Assembly: GCA_951406725.2 (NCBI GenBank)
Contig: OX597821.1
Span: 34,720,001 to 34,784,000 of the forward strand
Direction: 5' to 3'
Length of the DNA stretch: 64,000 nt
From: Octopus vulgaris
Lineage: Eukaryota
The translations under genes were made by a program, and so were the position numbers. Below are positions 42,241-56,931 of the stretch, piece by piece (positions within the stretch are counted from its first letter, which is position 1; every line of letters starts with the position of its first letter). The notes beneath the pieces were generated by a model. That model made no database searches. It was not told the origin of the DNA and saw only the letters and a list, made by a program, of their open reading frames with translations.

Positions 42241-42764
42241 CAATATAATGCAGTATCATAATATATAATATATGATACAATATAGTATATATGCGTTTGT
42301 GTGTATATAAATATACACATATCTATGTATTTGTCTGTCTGTCTGTTTATTCAAGTGGCGAGCGTGCCTACGTGCGAGTGCGTAGTTTTTATGGATTCTA
42401 GTACCATTCCGTTCGTGTCGCTGGTTGTCCGAAACACTTTAACACCCAACTCGTTCATCAATATTACGTACGTAGAGTAGCTATGCGTGTGTGTGTATGT
42501 GCATGTGTGGTTGTGTACGTATGTGTGTGTGTGTGTATGGATGTTGGGGGAGGGTGAAGGCTTGTGCAAGTGACCGCCAAAAGTACGGTGACATGCAATA
42601 CCATCGTATTTCCGGTTGTGGTATGCAAAACTCCAGGAAATATGTATGTATGTATGTATGTATAAGATCAGCAAAAATTTAGATTCAAATGAATATGGTA
42701 CTTAATTTAGATGCACCAAAATTCTGTATGGTGTTATCCATATAAATCCGTGGGGTGATTATAA

Positions 42765-42921
42765 TCAAAATAAGCAACAAGAATGACTCCGGTAATTTGG
42801 TACGATCGTTTCGTACTACATCATTTTATTAAATGTTGTAATACTTACAACATTTAATAAAATGATGTAGTACGAAACGATCGTACCAAATTACCGGAGT
42901 CATTGTTGTTGCTTATTTTGA
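42765..42921. repeat. 157-bp near-perfect palindrome (77-bp arms, 3-nt loop)
   Basis: tcaaaataagcaacaa...tgtaa tac ttaca...ttgttgcttattttga; one mismatch seen; arm homologous to 18935-18995. Confidence 0.9.
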
Positions 42922-42932
42922 GTATATATATA

Positions 42933-43503
42933 TGTCAGGTCACTTGTGAAGTACCATGAATACGACTGGTAACATGAAATCCATGACAACATGTTTCATA
43001 CTAAAGTCGCCCGCGACTAGACCGGCAACCCACTAAGCTAGATTGGTGAAAAGAGTTGCTAGAATCTCAGTAGAACTAAAAACAAGGCGGCCTCTCAAAA
43101 GGACAAATGAACCCCAGGGTAGGTCCAGCGGCTATCCAGCAGTAGCACGTGCACTCAGAACTTCCGGGTTTGTATCCGGTTTACTGGAAGACTGCTGGAA
43201 GTGAGTCACCTTTCAACTTTTGTTAATGCGTGTTTCTAGGAGAAGGTTACTCTGATATAAAACCGGGTTTGCTGGGAATGGCATTGGACATTTCGGGTGT
43301 TATCTTTGGCCTGTGACTGAGATCGTGAAGCTCCCACATTCCTGAACCCGCGACACGTATTGGCACTGAATATCTTGCCTGGATCATGCCAATAGGATGG
43401 AGAGGGCTTACGAGATGTTAGGCAAGCCTTATAGGACCTAACATTTTGCACGGTCATTGCTTCGTCAGTGATGGTCATGTCATACGAGTCGGCAGCAATC
43501 ACA
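42933..43503 (+). mobile_element. Probable solo LTR (571 bp)
   Basis: Complex, relatively GC-rich island beginning TGT and ending ACA, internal TATAAAA at 43256, flanks tata/tatg. Confidence 0.5.
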
Positions 43504-44269
43504 TATGCATATATTTATTTATGTATGCTTGCATGCATGTATATATGTATAACACCGACATACATTTTATGTGTTCTTTATATATGAGAAACACAGGACT
43601 AAGTAAATGATTTGCATATGTAAGGACACACACACATATATACATGAATACATATACTTATAAATACATACAAGCACACACACACACATATACTTATGTA
43701 TGTATGTATATATTCTACGTGTCAACCTTATTTTAATACGAATTTAACTGTTAATATGCACATATGTATTTGCATCTACATAGGCAGTGACATGTATATA
43801 ATTGCATTCATTTATAGGAGTGTGTGAGTACGTGCATGTTTTAGTGAAGTATGTATGACTATGTTTGTCTTATATAGTTGTCTATGACATGACTTTTAAC
43901 CAAGCTAGCGTGTGATAAATATATTAGCATTCATTATAATAGAAAGTGATCAAACTGCAAATAAAGCTTCATATTCTACGTACATTGCACCGCTCACAAC
44001 CTAGCTGATAATCTTCTAAAAGAATTAGCAGTGTGTTCACCATCTCTTTGTTTGTCCGTCCCTCTGATATGATACTGTTTATTATTTGTAAATATTACTG
44101 AAACACTGACATGTCGTTTCGTTTGTTAAACCATGATGAGTTCACTATCTCTGCACTTCATGGAAACAATATCAGATCGTTTAGTTAAAAGATTAGTGAG
44201 TATAAGTGTATATAAAATCCACTATCGATGCATAAATTATAAACATAAAAGGCGCAGACATGGCTGAGT

Positions 44270-44461
44270 TGTTGAGAAACTCTCTTTGCAACCACGTGGT
44301 TTCAGGTTCAGTCCCACTGCATGGCAATTTGGGCAAGCATTTTCCTATATAGCCGCAGGTCGACCAATATCTTGTTAGGAAGTCGCTAGACGGAAACTGT
44401 GTCGAAGCCTGCCACATAAGCGTGGTGTGTGTGTATGTGTATGCGCACGCGTATGCGTGTG

Positions 44462-44506
<45 letters not shown>

Positions 44507-44705
44507 CGTATCTGTTTGCCACCCACCACGGCCTCATAACCGGTGTTGATTTTGCTTACACCTTCATAGCAATGCTGTTCGCCAAATTGGAATTATAGTA
44601 CCAGACTTAAAAATTAGTACTGGTCTCGATTTGTTCGACTAAAACCCTGAAAGTCGGTGCTCCAGCATGGCTGCAGTCCAAAGACTGAAACAAATAAAGA
44701 TAAAA
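44270..44705 (+). mobile_element. SINE family C, diverged full-length copy
   Basis: Head, internal (GT)n and gtgctccagcatggctgcagtc tail. Confidence 0.8.
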
Positions 44706-45220
44706 TATAAAAGAACATGTATATACTTGATGCTGTATTACGGTATAAAAGTGTACCTAAATCATTAAAAAAAACATATAAAAACTGTATATGTTTATTC
44801 ACAATTATTTCCATGTATTTTATGCAAATTCCTTTTAGTAGGATATGTCGAAAGTAATTAACTATATAATTGAATATTTATCACCCGCGGATTTTTCATG
44901 GACAGTCACATAGTTAAGTATATATATATATTTATCCTTTCATATCAGCGGATGTTACTATAGCAACTATCTCATTCATTTTCTGACGAAAATTTTCTGT
45001 AGAGGTACATGTTAATTCGAGGACTTGGATTAACACATACATACATATGCTTATATATATATGCATACATATGTACATCTATATATATGTATATACATAT
45101 ATGTATGAATATATACATATACACATATATATATATATACATATACATATATTGATATACATATATTTATATGCATATATATATTCAGATATATATATTT
45201 ATATGCATATATATATATTC

Positions 45221-45269
<49 letters not shown>

Positions 45270-45379
45270 TATATATATATATGCATATATATATACATGT
45301 ATATATACATATATATATATACACATATATTCATATATATATTTTCATATGCATTTAAATATATATACTGTTTTATATG

Positions 45380-45412
<33 letters not shown>

Positions 45413-46014
45413 CTTCAATTAAATTCAATTCGTTTATATAGATATAAAACAGATGTATGTGTATTCGTATTCACGGGGGAGCGAGTGCGTGTGTGTGTGT
45501 GTTTGCGTTTATGTGTGTATGTGTGTGTGTGTGTGTGTGTGTGTCTAAATGTGTACATATGAAGGACTAAAACTTCAAAGCATGACAAGTCAATATATTT
45601 TATAGCAGAACAAAAAAAGAGAAAAGACAAAAAAAAAAAAAAAAACCCAAAAAACGAATTAGCAATAAAATGATTAAAAAAAATGAGTAGCAAAAAGACC
45701 CCATCTACATAAAGTTGCATTTGATATAAACATCATTATATATACTGACAATTATACACATGCATTCAGTGTCTGTTTTTTTTTTATTTATATAAACACT
45801 GACACGGTGAGGACATACATTCAATAATGCACGCACTCATAACTTTAGTTATACATTCATACGTTCATACATACACGCAGCCGTTCAGATGTGCATTTAG
45901 ACATACATACATACTCACATACATACATGCATACATAAGGCCTCTTAAAGACATTTTAGGCAGGTCGTTCCCTGAAATGTAATGTGCAGTTCTTCTCTTG
46001 AATTCGCTATCCAG

Positions 46015-46158
46015 TATATATATATATACAAATGCATACATACACTCATATGTATGCATATACACATATATGCATATATATACACGTACATGCATATATA
46101 TATGAATTTATATATATATATATATATATGAATGCATATATATATATATACATGCATA

Positions 46159-46207
<49 letters not shown>

Positions 46208-46590
46208 ATATATATATATGTATATATATATGTATATATCTATATATATATGTGTATATATATATGTATATATATGTATATATATGCATAAATATATGTA
46301 TATACATATGTATGTATATATGTATATATATATATGTATCTACATATATATGTATGTATATACATATATATATGTATATACATATATATGTATGTTTATA
46401 CACACATATATATATGCATATACATATATATATATCTATATATATATGTATATACATATGTATATGTATGTATATACATATGTATTTGTATGATATACAT
46501 ATATATGTATATACATATATATATTTATATGTTTTTGCATATATGTATACATATATATATGTATGTATATACATATATATACCTATGTAT

Positions 46591-46633
<43 letters not shown>

Positions 46634-46660
46634 ATACATATGTATATATATATATATATA

Positions 46661-46698
<38 letters not shown>

Positions 46699-46857
46699 GT
46701 ATATGTATATATATATATATATACATATGTATATATATATTTATATTATATAATATGTATTATATATATATATATATTATTATATATATATATATACATA
46801 TGTATATATATATTATATATATACATATGTATGTATATATATATATATATATAGATA

Positions 46858-46898
<41 letters not shown>

Positions 46899-46904
46899 GT
46901 ATGT

Positions 46905-46950
<46 letters not shown>
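46015..46950. repeat. Long degenerate TA/TATG microsatellite field
   Basis: Direct reading; comparable fields at 23785-23963, 25455-25790, 40343-40900, 45040-45412, 56665-57135, 59016-59446, 60208-60537. Confidence 0.95.
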
Positions 46951-46954
<4 letters not shown>

Positions 46955-48899
46955 CGCACACACACAAAACCAACTGCAAGCAGAGAAATTATTTTTTGCA
47001 TTGATATTTTTTTGTCCATTCGTATGTCTACAACACCTGTGCGTACTCTGCAATCTCACATAGCACCATGAGGTATTGAAGAATACAATAGTATATGCAC
47101 ACTATAATAAATGGTAAGCCGTAGTATATAACGTTTGTACCATTTACTATAGGTCTATACAATATAGGCATTTTTTTTCGCATTAGTATAGACATATGTC
47201 TAAGAAATGTGTTCACACAAATCAACATACATGCACATATACACGCAAGACTATTGAATTTTTTTTATTTCTTTGTGTGTCACTGAGTCTTATGTTTGTG
47301 TTGATTACCATGCGTGTGTGTATGTTTGTGTTTGTATGTACGCGTTTTATTAGTGTGTTTATATATCTGGATTCGTCTTTGAATGTTCAAATAGGCGTGT
47401 AATTGTCCATTTCAAATTCGGCTGTGATCCGAGATGAATTCGGTCGCTATCTTCAGCAGTCCAAGACATCGTTTCTGAGTCTTGTTGGTCCTTGTTACAA
47501 TTGCTGCTCTTTAAGGAGTATCAGAATCTTACCATAGTATTTACTCCTGTTTTTTTCCTTGCTTATATAAACTGTTGTTTCATTAAGTACCGTTTATACA
47601 TTTATCGTTATAAGTTGAATGTTGTTGTTGCTGTTGTTTAGCACCAAGGGAGCTCTGAATGAAGAGACATATGATCAAAGACATTCCAGCCATGACTATC
47701 ACCATGGTTACCTTGTTTATGTTCCAGGCAGTGTATTTAGGACTTTATTATCCAATATGTCTTTATGTTTTTAAACCAATAGAGTAGGCTTTAAGGCAGA
47801 TTTGGCTGCTATTTCTGTTAGATGAAATGACCAAGGAAGGCTCTACCATTACTTTTGTTTCTGATATTGTTTTCTTTGTTTTTGTTTTACCTTTTATTTG
47901 GCATTCTTTAGCGATCCTACAAGTGATGATAATTTTGATGTTGTTGTTCTTGTTCTCGATGTTGTTAATTTCCTCCTACTAATTAGACATTCCTGATGCT
48001 ATCGGTGATAATAAGTTCCTGGTGATGCCTTCTTTGCAATTTGTGTTGGTGCGATTGCTGCTTGTTGTTGTTGTTGTTGCAAGTTCATTCGTCGTTGCAT
48101 CATGTTGCTAACATCATTATTTTCTTTTACTTATAATTGCCACTATTACTGTTATTTATGAAGAGTTATCGCCATAGATAATCTACAGAAATTACAGCCA
48201 GCACTGATTTTTGCTACGACGTTTCGTATCGAGACGTCAGATATAAACAAACAAAGTGATCGAAGATGGAAAAGCAGGCAATGGCCGTACATACCATATT
48301 TCGGTGTGTTTTCGCCCCTTCATCAGCACCCATATAACCCATTAAACATCCTCGAACACATTGCTTAAATATCTACTATATCTAGTGGTGTGTAGTAATG
48401 GTTGCATAACGAAATACCACGTGCCTACAGATCATTACTGTTACTGTTGTTCGTTAATGACGTGGACGCTGCTCATGCTATAATGAATCTTATCGCTGTC
48501 ATTATTCAAATTATTCTTGTTGCTGTGATTGTCTTTGTTGCTATCATTGTTCCTATTCCTATATTGCTGCATTATACTTATTTTTATTTATTTATTTATT
48601 GTCCATATTATTTCTGAAAGTAATAGCATTGGTATCATTGTATAAAAGTTACTGAAACAGAGTGTACTATACATTACAAGGACATGTTTACACGGCAATA
48701 TATTAATGTTTATAAATAGTGTAAGTGATGCGAAACAGATGTAAAGTAAAAATGTGTGTGCAGCAATACACGCCTCAATTAGTAGTGTATATTATATAAT
48801 TACTACTGGTGTATTTAGTTCCAGAACATCTTTAATCAAGTAAAGATCGAAGATGATCTAACCTTAAACATCCTCACCTCTGTTTTTATTTAGGCATTA

Positions 48900-49087
48900 C
48901 CGTATTTTCCGGCATACAAACCGACTTTTTCAGACCAAAATTAACAGGTCGACTTATACACTAAGATCACATTGGAAGACCAAATATTCCACGAGAAATG
49001 TATTTGGAGATATAGAAAACGAATTTGAATGTTTACTCTGCGTGTTTACACGATATGCTACGCCGATTTGTATGCTAGAAAGTACGG
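48900..49087. mobile_element. Tc1/mariner-superfamily MITE with TA TSD
   Basis: TA|ccgtattttccggcatacaaaccgac ... gccgatttgtatgctagaaagtacgg|TA. Confidence 0.7.
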
Positions 49088-49585
49088 TAATAAAAGTCTT
49101 TAAGAAACTCATCATACAACACACAGCGTTGTGTAAGTTAAACGGTTAGCCTGTGATTTCTAGCAGCCGGTGGATCGACCGCATATAAGCTCCTACACTG
49201 GCTCGTACAAATGATTATTGTTGGTTTTATGTGGTTGATAATATTGTTTTGTTCATATTTCTGTCAGTCTTGTTGTTTAAGAAGTTATTGTGAGGACAAC
49301 ATTTGAAAATGAAAGTAGATTTTTTTTTCTATGTTACGTTATCTGCTGCTTGAGGTTTTATTGAGCGTTCGTTCATTCTTGACTTGTTGGTTTTTTTCCT
49401 TTCTTTTTCTTCTTTTTTTTTATGTTACCAGTTCTTCATTCTAAAGCACAAAAATGTTCCTGCCCTAAAATTGATGTAAATTATATGTCTTTTGAAATGG
49501 CGATGATTATCGGTTTGAAAAATATAACTGCTTAGCAATGGCGTCTGTTAACAGCATCCAATCTGTAATGAGAAAGAAGATGAAA

Positions 49586-49620
<35 letters not shown>

Positions 49621-49648
49621 AATAATGATGACAACAACAACAACAACG

Positions 49649-49767
<119 letters not shown>

Positions 49768-50011
49768 GGATGATGAGGATGGCAAGGTAATAATAACGGT
49801 TTCACATTACAGCTTAAAGCCAGCAATTCTAGGGGTGGGGTAAACTGATTACATCGTTCCCAGTATTCCACGGGCACTTATTTTATCGACTCCAGAAGGA
49901 TGAAATGTAAGGCGCCCTTGGCAGAATTTTAGACTCAAAATGTATCGACAGATTAAACATGGCTAATCATTTTGGCTGGCGTGCTAATGATTCTGCCAGC
50001 TCACCGGCTTG

Positions 50012-50087
<76 letters not shown>

Positions 50088-50369
50088 TAATAATAATAAT
50101 AATGATAATAATAATAATAAATATAACAGCAATAATACAACAATAAAAAATAATGATTTCCAGCGTCTAACATAAATAGTAATTTTTAATTTCTTTACGT
50201 GCCACACGGACAATGAACTGGGGTCATTACCGGGCCTTATTTCTAAACGGTAGAGTTGCATTGTGTATGATGTTCGATTGGAAAATATTAAATAGAAATG
50301 AATAAAAACAGACAAACAAATAAGTAAATATGCATCAAGCGGAAATAATAATAACAACATCAACGACGG

Positions 50370-50830
50370 TTTCAAATTTTGGCACAAGGCCAGCAATTTC
50401 AGGCGAGAGGATAAATCAATTACATCGCCCCCAGTGCTCAGCTGGTACTTACTTTACCAACCCCGAAAGGAAGAAAAAGCAAAGTCGACCCAGATGGCAT
50501 TTGAATCAAGAACGTAATGTCGGAAGAAATACCTATTTCTTTACTACCCACAAGGGGCTACACACAGAGGGGACAAACAAGGACAGACAAACGGATTAAG
50601 TCGTTTACATCGACCCCCAGTGCGTAACTGGTACTTAATTTATCGACCCCGAAAGAATGAAAGGCAAAGTCGACCTCGGCGGAATTTGAACTCAGAGCAT
50701 AACGGCAGACGAAATACGGCTACGCATTTCGCCCGGCGTGCTAACGATTCTGCCAGCTCGCCGCCCTTGTCGGAAGAAATACCGCTAAGATTTTGTCTGG
50801 TTCAGTAACGATTCTGTCAGTTATACGTCT
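50370..50830 (-). mobile_element. Old SINE B interrupted by a young SINE B (50534-50767) with 16-bp TSD
   Basis: tgtcggaagaaatacc at 50518-50533 and 50768-50783. Confidence 0.9.
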
Positions 50831-52362
50831 TAACAATAATCGCAACAATCCTCACTGTAATTAGCACAAGGGCTGAAAGTTTTGAGGGAGGGGGCTAGTC
50901 GGTTACTTCGACCCCACAGTGTTCCGCTGGTATTTATTTAATCGGTCCCGAAAAGATGACAGGTATAGACTTTGCCCTTCATCCTTTCGGGGCCGATGAA
51001 ACAAGTACCAGTTGAGCATTGGGGTCGATGTAATCGAGTGGCCCCTTCCTCCCAAACTTCAGGCCTTTTGCCTATAATAGAAAGGATTATATTTCCATTC
51101 CTGTTTAAGTCGCTTGCAGTACTTGGTTCAATTGGGGCTTTATATTACTGACCATAGAAGGATGACAGTCAAACTTGATGTCAGCGGGGTTTGAACGTAA
51201 ATGTCTACTACTCAAATACCGCATTATAATTTGCCAAATTTTGACAATTCTGTTGCTCCATAATCCAGCTACTTCATAAATACCAGTAGAATGGGAGGAA
51301 CTGAGCTCAGGATTTAAAGGAGCAAAACTAAATACTCACATACACACAAATACACACGTAAATTTATATATTTTCATACTCAGATATTACAGAAGCATCA
51401 AGCTCTCAGGTAATTTTGTATTATATACGTTACACACTTTATCAACTCTGCACGTTGTGACTCAAGATGGTCTCAACACTGATTAATCACAAACACATTC
51501 ACACACGCATATATATATATATACACACATCTACTGGGTGTCCAGTGTCTGTGAACAAACATCAATGGCCATAAATAGACGACGATTTAGCATAATGTTA
51601 CGTGGCATGCGCCATATTTTCCTTTTCAGATACATCGACAATATCAAAATGGCAGATTACAATCTAACTATAGCTATGAAAATGGTTCATTATGTTGGTG
51701 ACTCTAGCTGTCAACAATGACTAGGAAATTGGAGGTCTTTGGTGCGAATGCGTTATTCATGGCCAAAAAAGAAAGAAAAAAACATTCACAGCAGTCAGAT
51801 GTTGTGAAGACGGTTGAAATTCCTCAGCCGGTCTAGAACATCATCAACGAAAACTTCAGTGGAGTCGAAGAAGGCTATTGCCGAACAGTATAAAGTGACG
51901 GGGGTCCACTATCAGATGTTTGGCACAAGGGCGAAGGGGGTCCATAAGGCACAATTCAAACGTGATGACAAGTGGGACGTATTTATTCGGCCCGACTCTC
52001 GAAAGTCACATAACAATGCGGCTCCCACCATCATGCTTTGTACTTCCGATTTGAGATTTTTGGACCACTGGGTCTTTGGAGTCGAGAGAAAAGATGGAGC
52101 GACCGAAGGCTTTTCAGTGTTCGGTCTGTTCACGAATTAGTGCATGTTGCATGGTGGGTGCTACCTGGTAATGGTATGTGGTGGCTTTCATGCCTGCAGC
52201 GGGATGTCATTAGAGCTGAGGCATTTTTCCTGAATGGTGTTTGCTTTTACGGGTCCAGTTTAATGTTTTTGCTATTTTTACGAGAGTTTGTTGCTTTTCA
52301 GCTTGGTATCCTTATTTTCTCCCTTATGTTTTGTTTTGCTTTCGCTTGCTTAATTGCGTGTG

Positions 52363-52398
<36 letters not shown>

Positions 52399-53075
52399 TA
52401 AAAATAAGTACACAGAAATTTATATGCAATATATATATATATATATGTGTATATGTGTTTATGTACATATGTGTATGTGTGTATGTATGTATATGTATGT
52501 GTGTGTGTTTGTGCGTGTACAGGGGAAAATAAATACACTAAAATTTATATACAATATATATATGTGTGTGTATGTGTATGTGTATATGTATGTATATAGT
52601 ATATATATATGTGTGTGTGTATGTGCACACGTGCGCGCGCGTGTGTATATGTATGTAGGTAAGTAGGGATGTGTGTGTACCTCTTCAATATAAACCTATA
52701 CATACTGAGAAAAAAAAACGCTTATTTAACAAAATAACTATCAATCAATCTGCTTATCTATATATCCAACATTCTACACAAATATACGCCAACATACGCT
52801 TTATATATTTTTACATTGATATTAAGATAAATATTTACATATCCAAATATTATGGGAACAATTAAGATATCCAGATATTTATTTATGTTTATCAACTTAT
52901 CTATGCTTAGTGAGCCATGTGACGTGGCAACCCCTACATGGTCTCAACATTGGGAAACACACACATAGATATCCATACATTCACATATACATTCACCCAA
53001 CCCTAACTCATTCACACACACACACACACATATATATATATAGAGAGAGAGGCTTATATATATATATTTACATAT

Positions 53076-53532
53076 AGGCGAAGGTGTGGTTGTGTGGTAA
53101 GCAGTTTACTTCCCAACCACATGGTTCCAGGTTCAGATCCATTGCGTAGCACCTTGGGCAAGTGTCTTCTATAGCCTCTGACCAACCAAAGCCTTGTGAG
53201 TGGGTGTGGTAGACGGAACTGTGTGTGTGTGTGATGTGTGCGTGCGTGTGTGTGTGTGTATGTGTGTGTGTGTGATGCGTGCGTGTGTGTGTGTGTGTGT
53301 GTGTGTGCGTGCGTGTGTGTGTCTGTGTGTCTGTCGTTGTGTCTGTGTTTCTCCACACCACCGCTTGAAGTCCGGTGTATTTACGTCCCCATAACTTCGT
53401 GGTTCGGCAAAAGTGTCCGATAATAAGTGCTCGGCTTAAAAAAAGAAAGTACTGGGGTCGATTCCTTCGGCTAAAAATTCTTTAAGGTGGTGCCCCAGCA
53501 TGACCGTAGTCTTATGGCTGAAACAAGTAAAA
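53076..53532 (+). mobile_element. SINE family C, full-length copy
   Basis: Head, internal (GT)n and ggtggtgccccagcatgaccg..gctgaaacaag tail. Confidence 0.8.
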
Positions 53533-54449
53533 CATACACAAAGTTGTTCGAGATCCTCATCTTGAATATTAGGTTCCTGGAAATTACAGGATGATTGGCA
53601 TAAAATATCGCGAAGACTGACGTATTCAGAGAGAGAAAGAAAGAGAGGAAGAAGGAAAGAAAGAGATAAGCAAAAAAACAAAACAAAATCCCCAAAAAAC
53701 AAAAACAAAAACAAAAAAAAAACGTTAATTAAACCTCTTGAAACTTATGGTGTTTTTGAAGTGACTTTTGTTTTGCATTTTACGCTAAATGGTAAAGCTA
53801 TGTTTTCGCTGGTTTTGGTAATGAATGGTTGAAGTTATTTCAGTTGGGCGATTTCTTTTTTTTTAACTATCGGAAATGAAACGTGAGTGAAACAGAATAA
53901 GAAGAAGGTAGGGAGTAGAAAAATACATTTTAAAGGGAGACGCAATGTGGACACAAACGATACACACACACACGTATGTATATGTACACTCGCTTGTATA
54001 TAATGGTGCATTCATCTGCAAATGTTCTTAAGTTTTTCTAAACATACAGTACACGCACATAAGTCTACACACATACATATAGATGTATTCAACCGTAATT
54101 TGAATTTCACAAAGCATTAGGCAAAGTCTTTAGTGAAGTCAGACATGAAATTCTTATGTCACAATTTGAAAGTTTGGCTCGTGAAGTACTTTAAATTCTG
54201 AAATATAACGCCAGTAGCAAACACTGCCAAGTCAGAAACGTTTCCCTCAGTGAGCGAGGTAATGTTTAGAGGGCATCATCTAGAGATCTCTCTCGCTCTT
54301 TATCGTACTGTCGACCAAAATTCACGTCTACAATAGACGACATAAAAGGCAATTTAAAAAATACCACACGTCATAAATATATCTACGGTCTCTCATATGA
54401 CACCCGGATATAAAATACTTTTTCAGCTTCTAGGATGGTGCTGTTCTTA

Positions 54450-54533
54450 CGAGGGGTACTGAAAAGTTCCTGGCCTTAAGGGTATCGCAAAAGGCCTGGT
54501 TGGAGGCCCAACATTTGAGTTGGAAGCCCAACA
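54450..54533 (+). mobile_element. Single mariner-like terminal repeat fragment
   Basis: TA|cgaggggtactgaaaagttcc resembles mariner TIRs; no second end found. Confidence 0.45.
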
Positions 54534-56680
54534 TTTGGTTGGTCAGAGGCTACAGAAGACACTTTCCCAAGGTGCTACGCAATGGATCTGAACCTGGGAC
54601 CATGTGGTTGGGGAGTAAACTTCTTACCACACAGCCACGCCTTCACCTATATGTAAATATATGTTATTTTACAGAGCTAAGTGTGTAAATCTGGGAGAGG
54701 ACTATATTGAATTAAATCATAATTAACTGACCCACCTGTATGTTTTTACCCCAAGCCAAGAGCTTTTCAGCTTCCCCTCGGATATGCACAAAAATATCCT
54801 AGACTGCATCCAAAATAAAAAAGGATCTACAATATATATGCAAACACACTGAACCTTCGATCTTTCTTTTCTCTTGTAACTACAAAGTTCTCTGCTCGTC
54901 AAAGTTACCTAGTTGCATTTTTCTACTATTCCATTCGTCCTAAAATACTCATTTATCCTCCCTCTTGTGACCTTTATGAGATCTCATCTCCCCACCGAAC
55001 CGCCATGCTAACTCCTGTTTCCAATCACTCATTCCCTCATCTCGCTAACGTTTTTCCTTCCTCCGTCCAGTGTCAGATATTCAAACTTAAACATTAACCA
55101 TCGAAAGTCATAAACAATACCTAACGAACTATAAAAAAATGATAAATATTATAGACTTGAATATCATACAGTAATAAGTATAATATTCAATCATTGATCC
55201 TAATTAGGCATAAAAAAAACCTTAAATGAAGTGGTTTACTTTTCCGTTTTCAGACAAGAAATCAGTTGAAAATATCAAATACTTGTCTCTGTAATTAATC
55301 CTTCCCTAATTACATTCAAAACTTGCTGGTTAAAGAGTAAAGAGTTTCAACCAAATACATCCAACCAGAATTATTTCAAGCTTTCAAATTTTGGTTCAAG
55401 GCCGGCAATTTTGGGAAAGAGGTATAGTCAATTATACCGACCCCAATACTCAGCAGGTAATTATTTCATCGACTCTGAAACGATGAAAGGCAAAGTTGAA
55501 CTCGGTGGAAAATGAACTCAGAACGTAAAGAGCTGGTAGAAGTTCTGCTAACCATTTTGTCCTATGCGCCAAAGATTCTTCCAGCTAGCTGCCTTTTCAT
55601 AGCCAATAATCCAGTCATAATGCCAATACTTTGGAAATGTTCCTACTTTGGACTGTCGTTGCATGCTTATCCAAGCTTTATTTAGTTGCCGAAGAGGCAC
55701 CAAACTCTTGGGAAAACTCTGTGACAAAAATTATGCTTCCCATAGACATTTGAACTATAAGTATGGTCCTCATACAGTGCTCTTTTGAGGGATTATCCAA
55801 AACTTTGGCATAAAAAAGATTAGGGAGTTACAATCTAGTCAGTAACAGTCTTTATTCATAAATTCTTACAAGGAAGTATTGTTTGATGTTCAAAAAGTAT
55901 TGATATTCAAAAACCCATTATTCTTCAATTACCTATTTGAGACAATTTAGAAATTGAGCTAAGTTTCTATTGAAAATTTTAAAGGATTTCTAATGGCACT
56001 CAGTTTTTATATCCCGAAGGATTTGCTTGTAAGTTAGTCTTGGAGAGCTGAAATTACTGTGGTTAACGAAAGTTTGTTTCTGGTGCCAGTCATAAACCCT
56101 GAGTTGATTATGTAGAAATTGCTCTAATATTCAACAAGAGACCAGATCAAATCAAACCAGACCAGAGCAAACCAGATCAAAGTAGTCGAGAGACTTTTCA
56201 CGGAATTTAGTGATGATAAATATCTACTGAAGTTTGGAAATTTGGGAAGGTATATTGTTGGGAGAAGAGAGTACATGAACGTGCAGACAACTGGAGCAAC
56301 ATCATTCACCAGAGGAAGGAAACGTAAAATAATATATATGAAAAAAAAACAGACTCCAAAGAATTCAAAAGGTAGTTTTCGAGAAAAGGCTTTAAAGGAA
56401 ACTTCAGCATTTTCTACCCTTTGCGGCAAACTGTGCATTAAATTTCAGCTCTGCTTTACGTGTGAGATACTACGTGTCGTAATGGTTGGTCGTTTATGGT
56501 GCTACTACAAGTAAATTCAAATATATTATATTATGAAATTCGAATTGAATGGAACTGAAAGATTCGTTTCACGTCTAATTCAAAACAGTCTGGTGACTAA
56601 GCCGTCAGGCGAAACTTAATATCTAAGGCATAACGAACATTATAAGACATACACATTAAATTAATATATGTATATATATG

Positions 56681-56727
<47 letters not shown>

Positions 56728-56846
56728 GTATATATGTATATATGTATATATATATATGTATATATATATATGTATATATATATATATGTGTATATATATA
56801 TGTATATATATATGTATATATGTATATATATATATGTGTATATATG

Positions 56847-56931
<85 letters not shown>

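Noticed and set aside
51720-52290. Complex-sequence ORFs 51814-52140 and 52038-52532 as a host exon
   Set aside because: No recognisable domain; faint resemblance to a decayed Tx1 C-terminus (HAL..; G.SL.F) is too weak to call
56592-56622. tgactaa-gcc-gtca-ggc-gaaac hammerhead-like string
   Set aside because: Core lacks C3 and G8, with no convincing stem I or III; single copy
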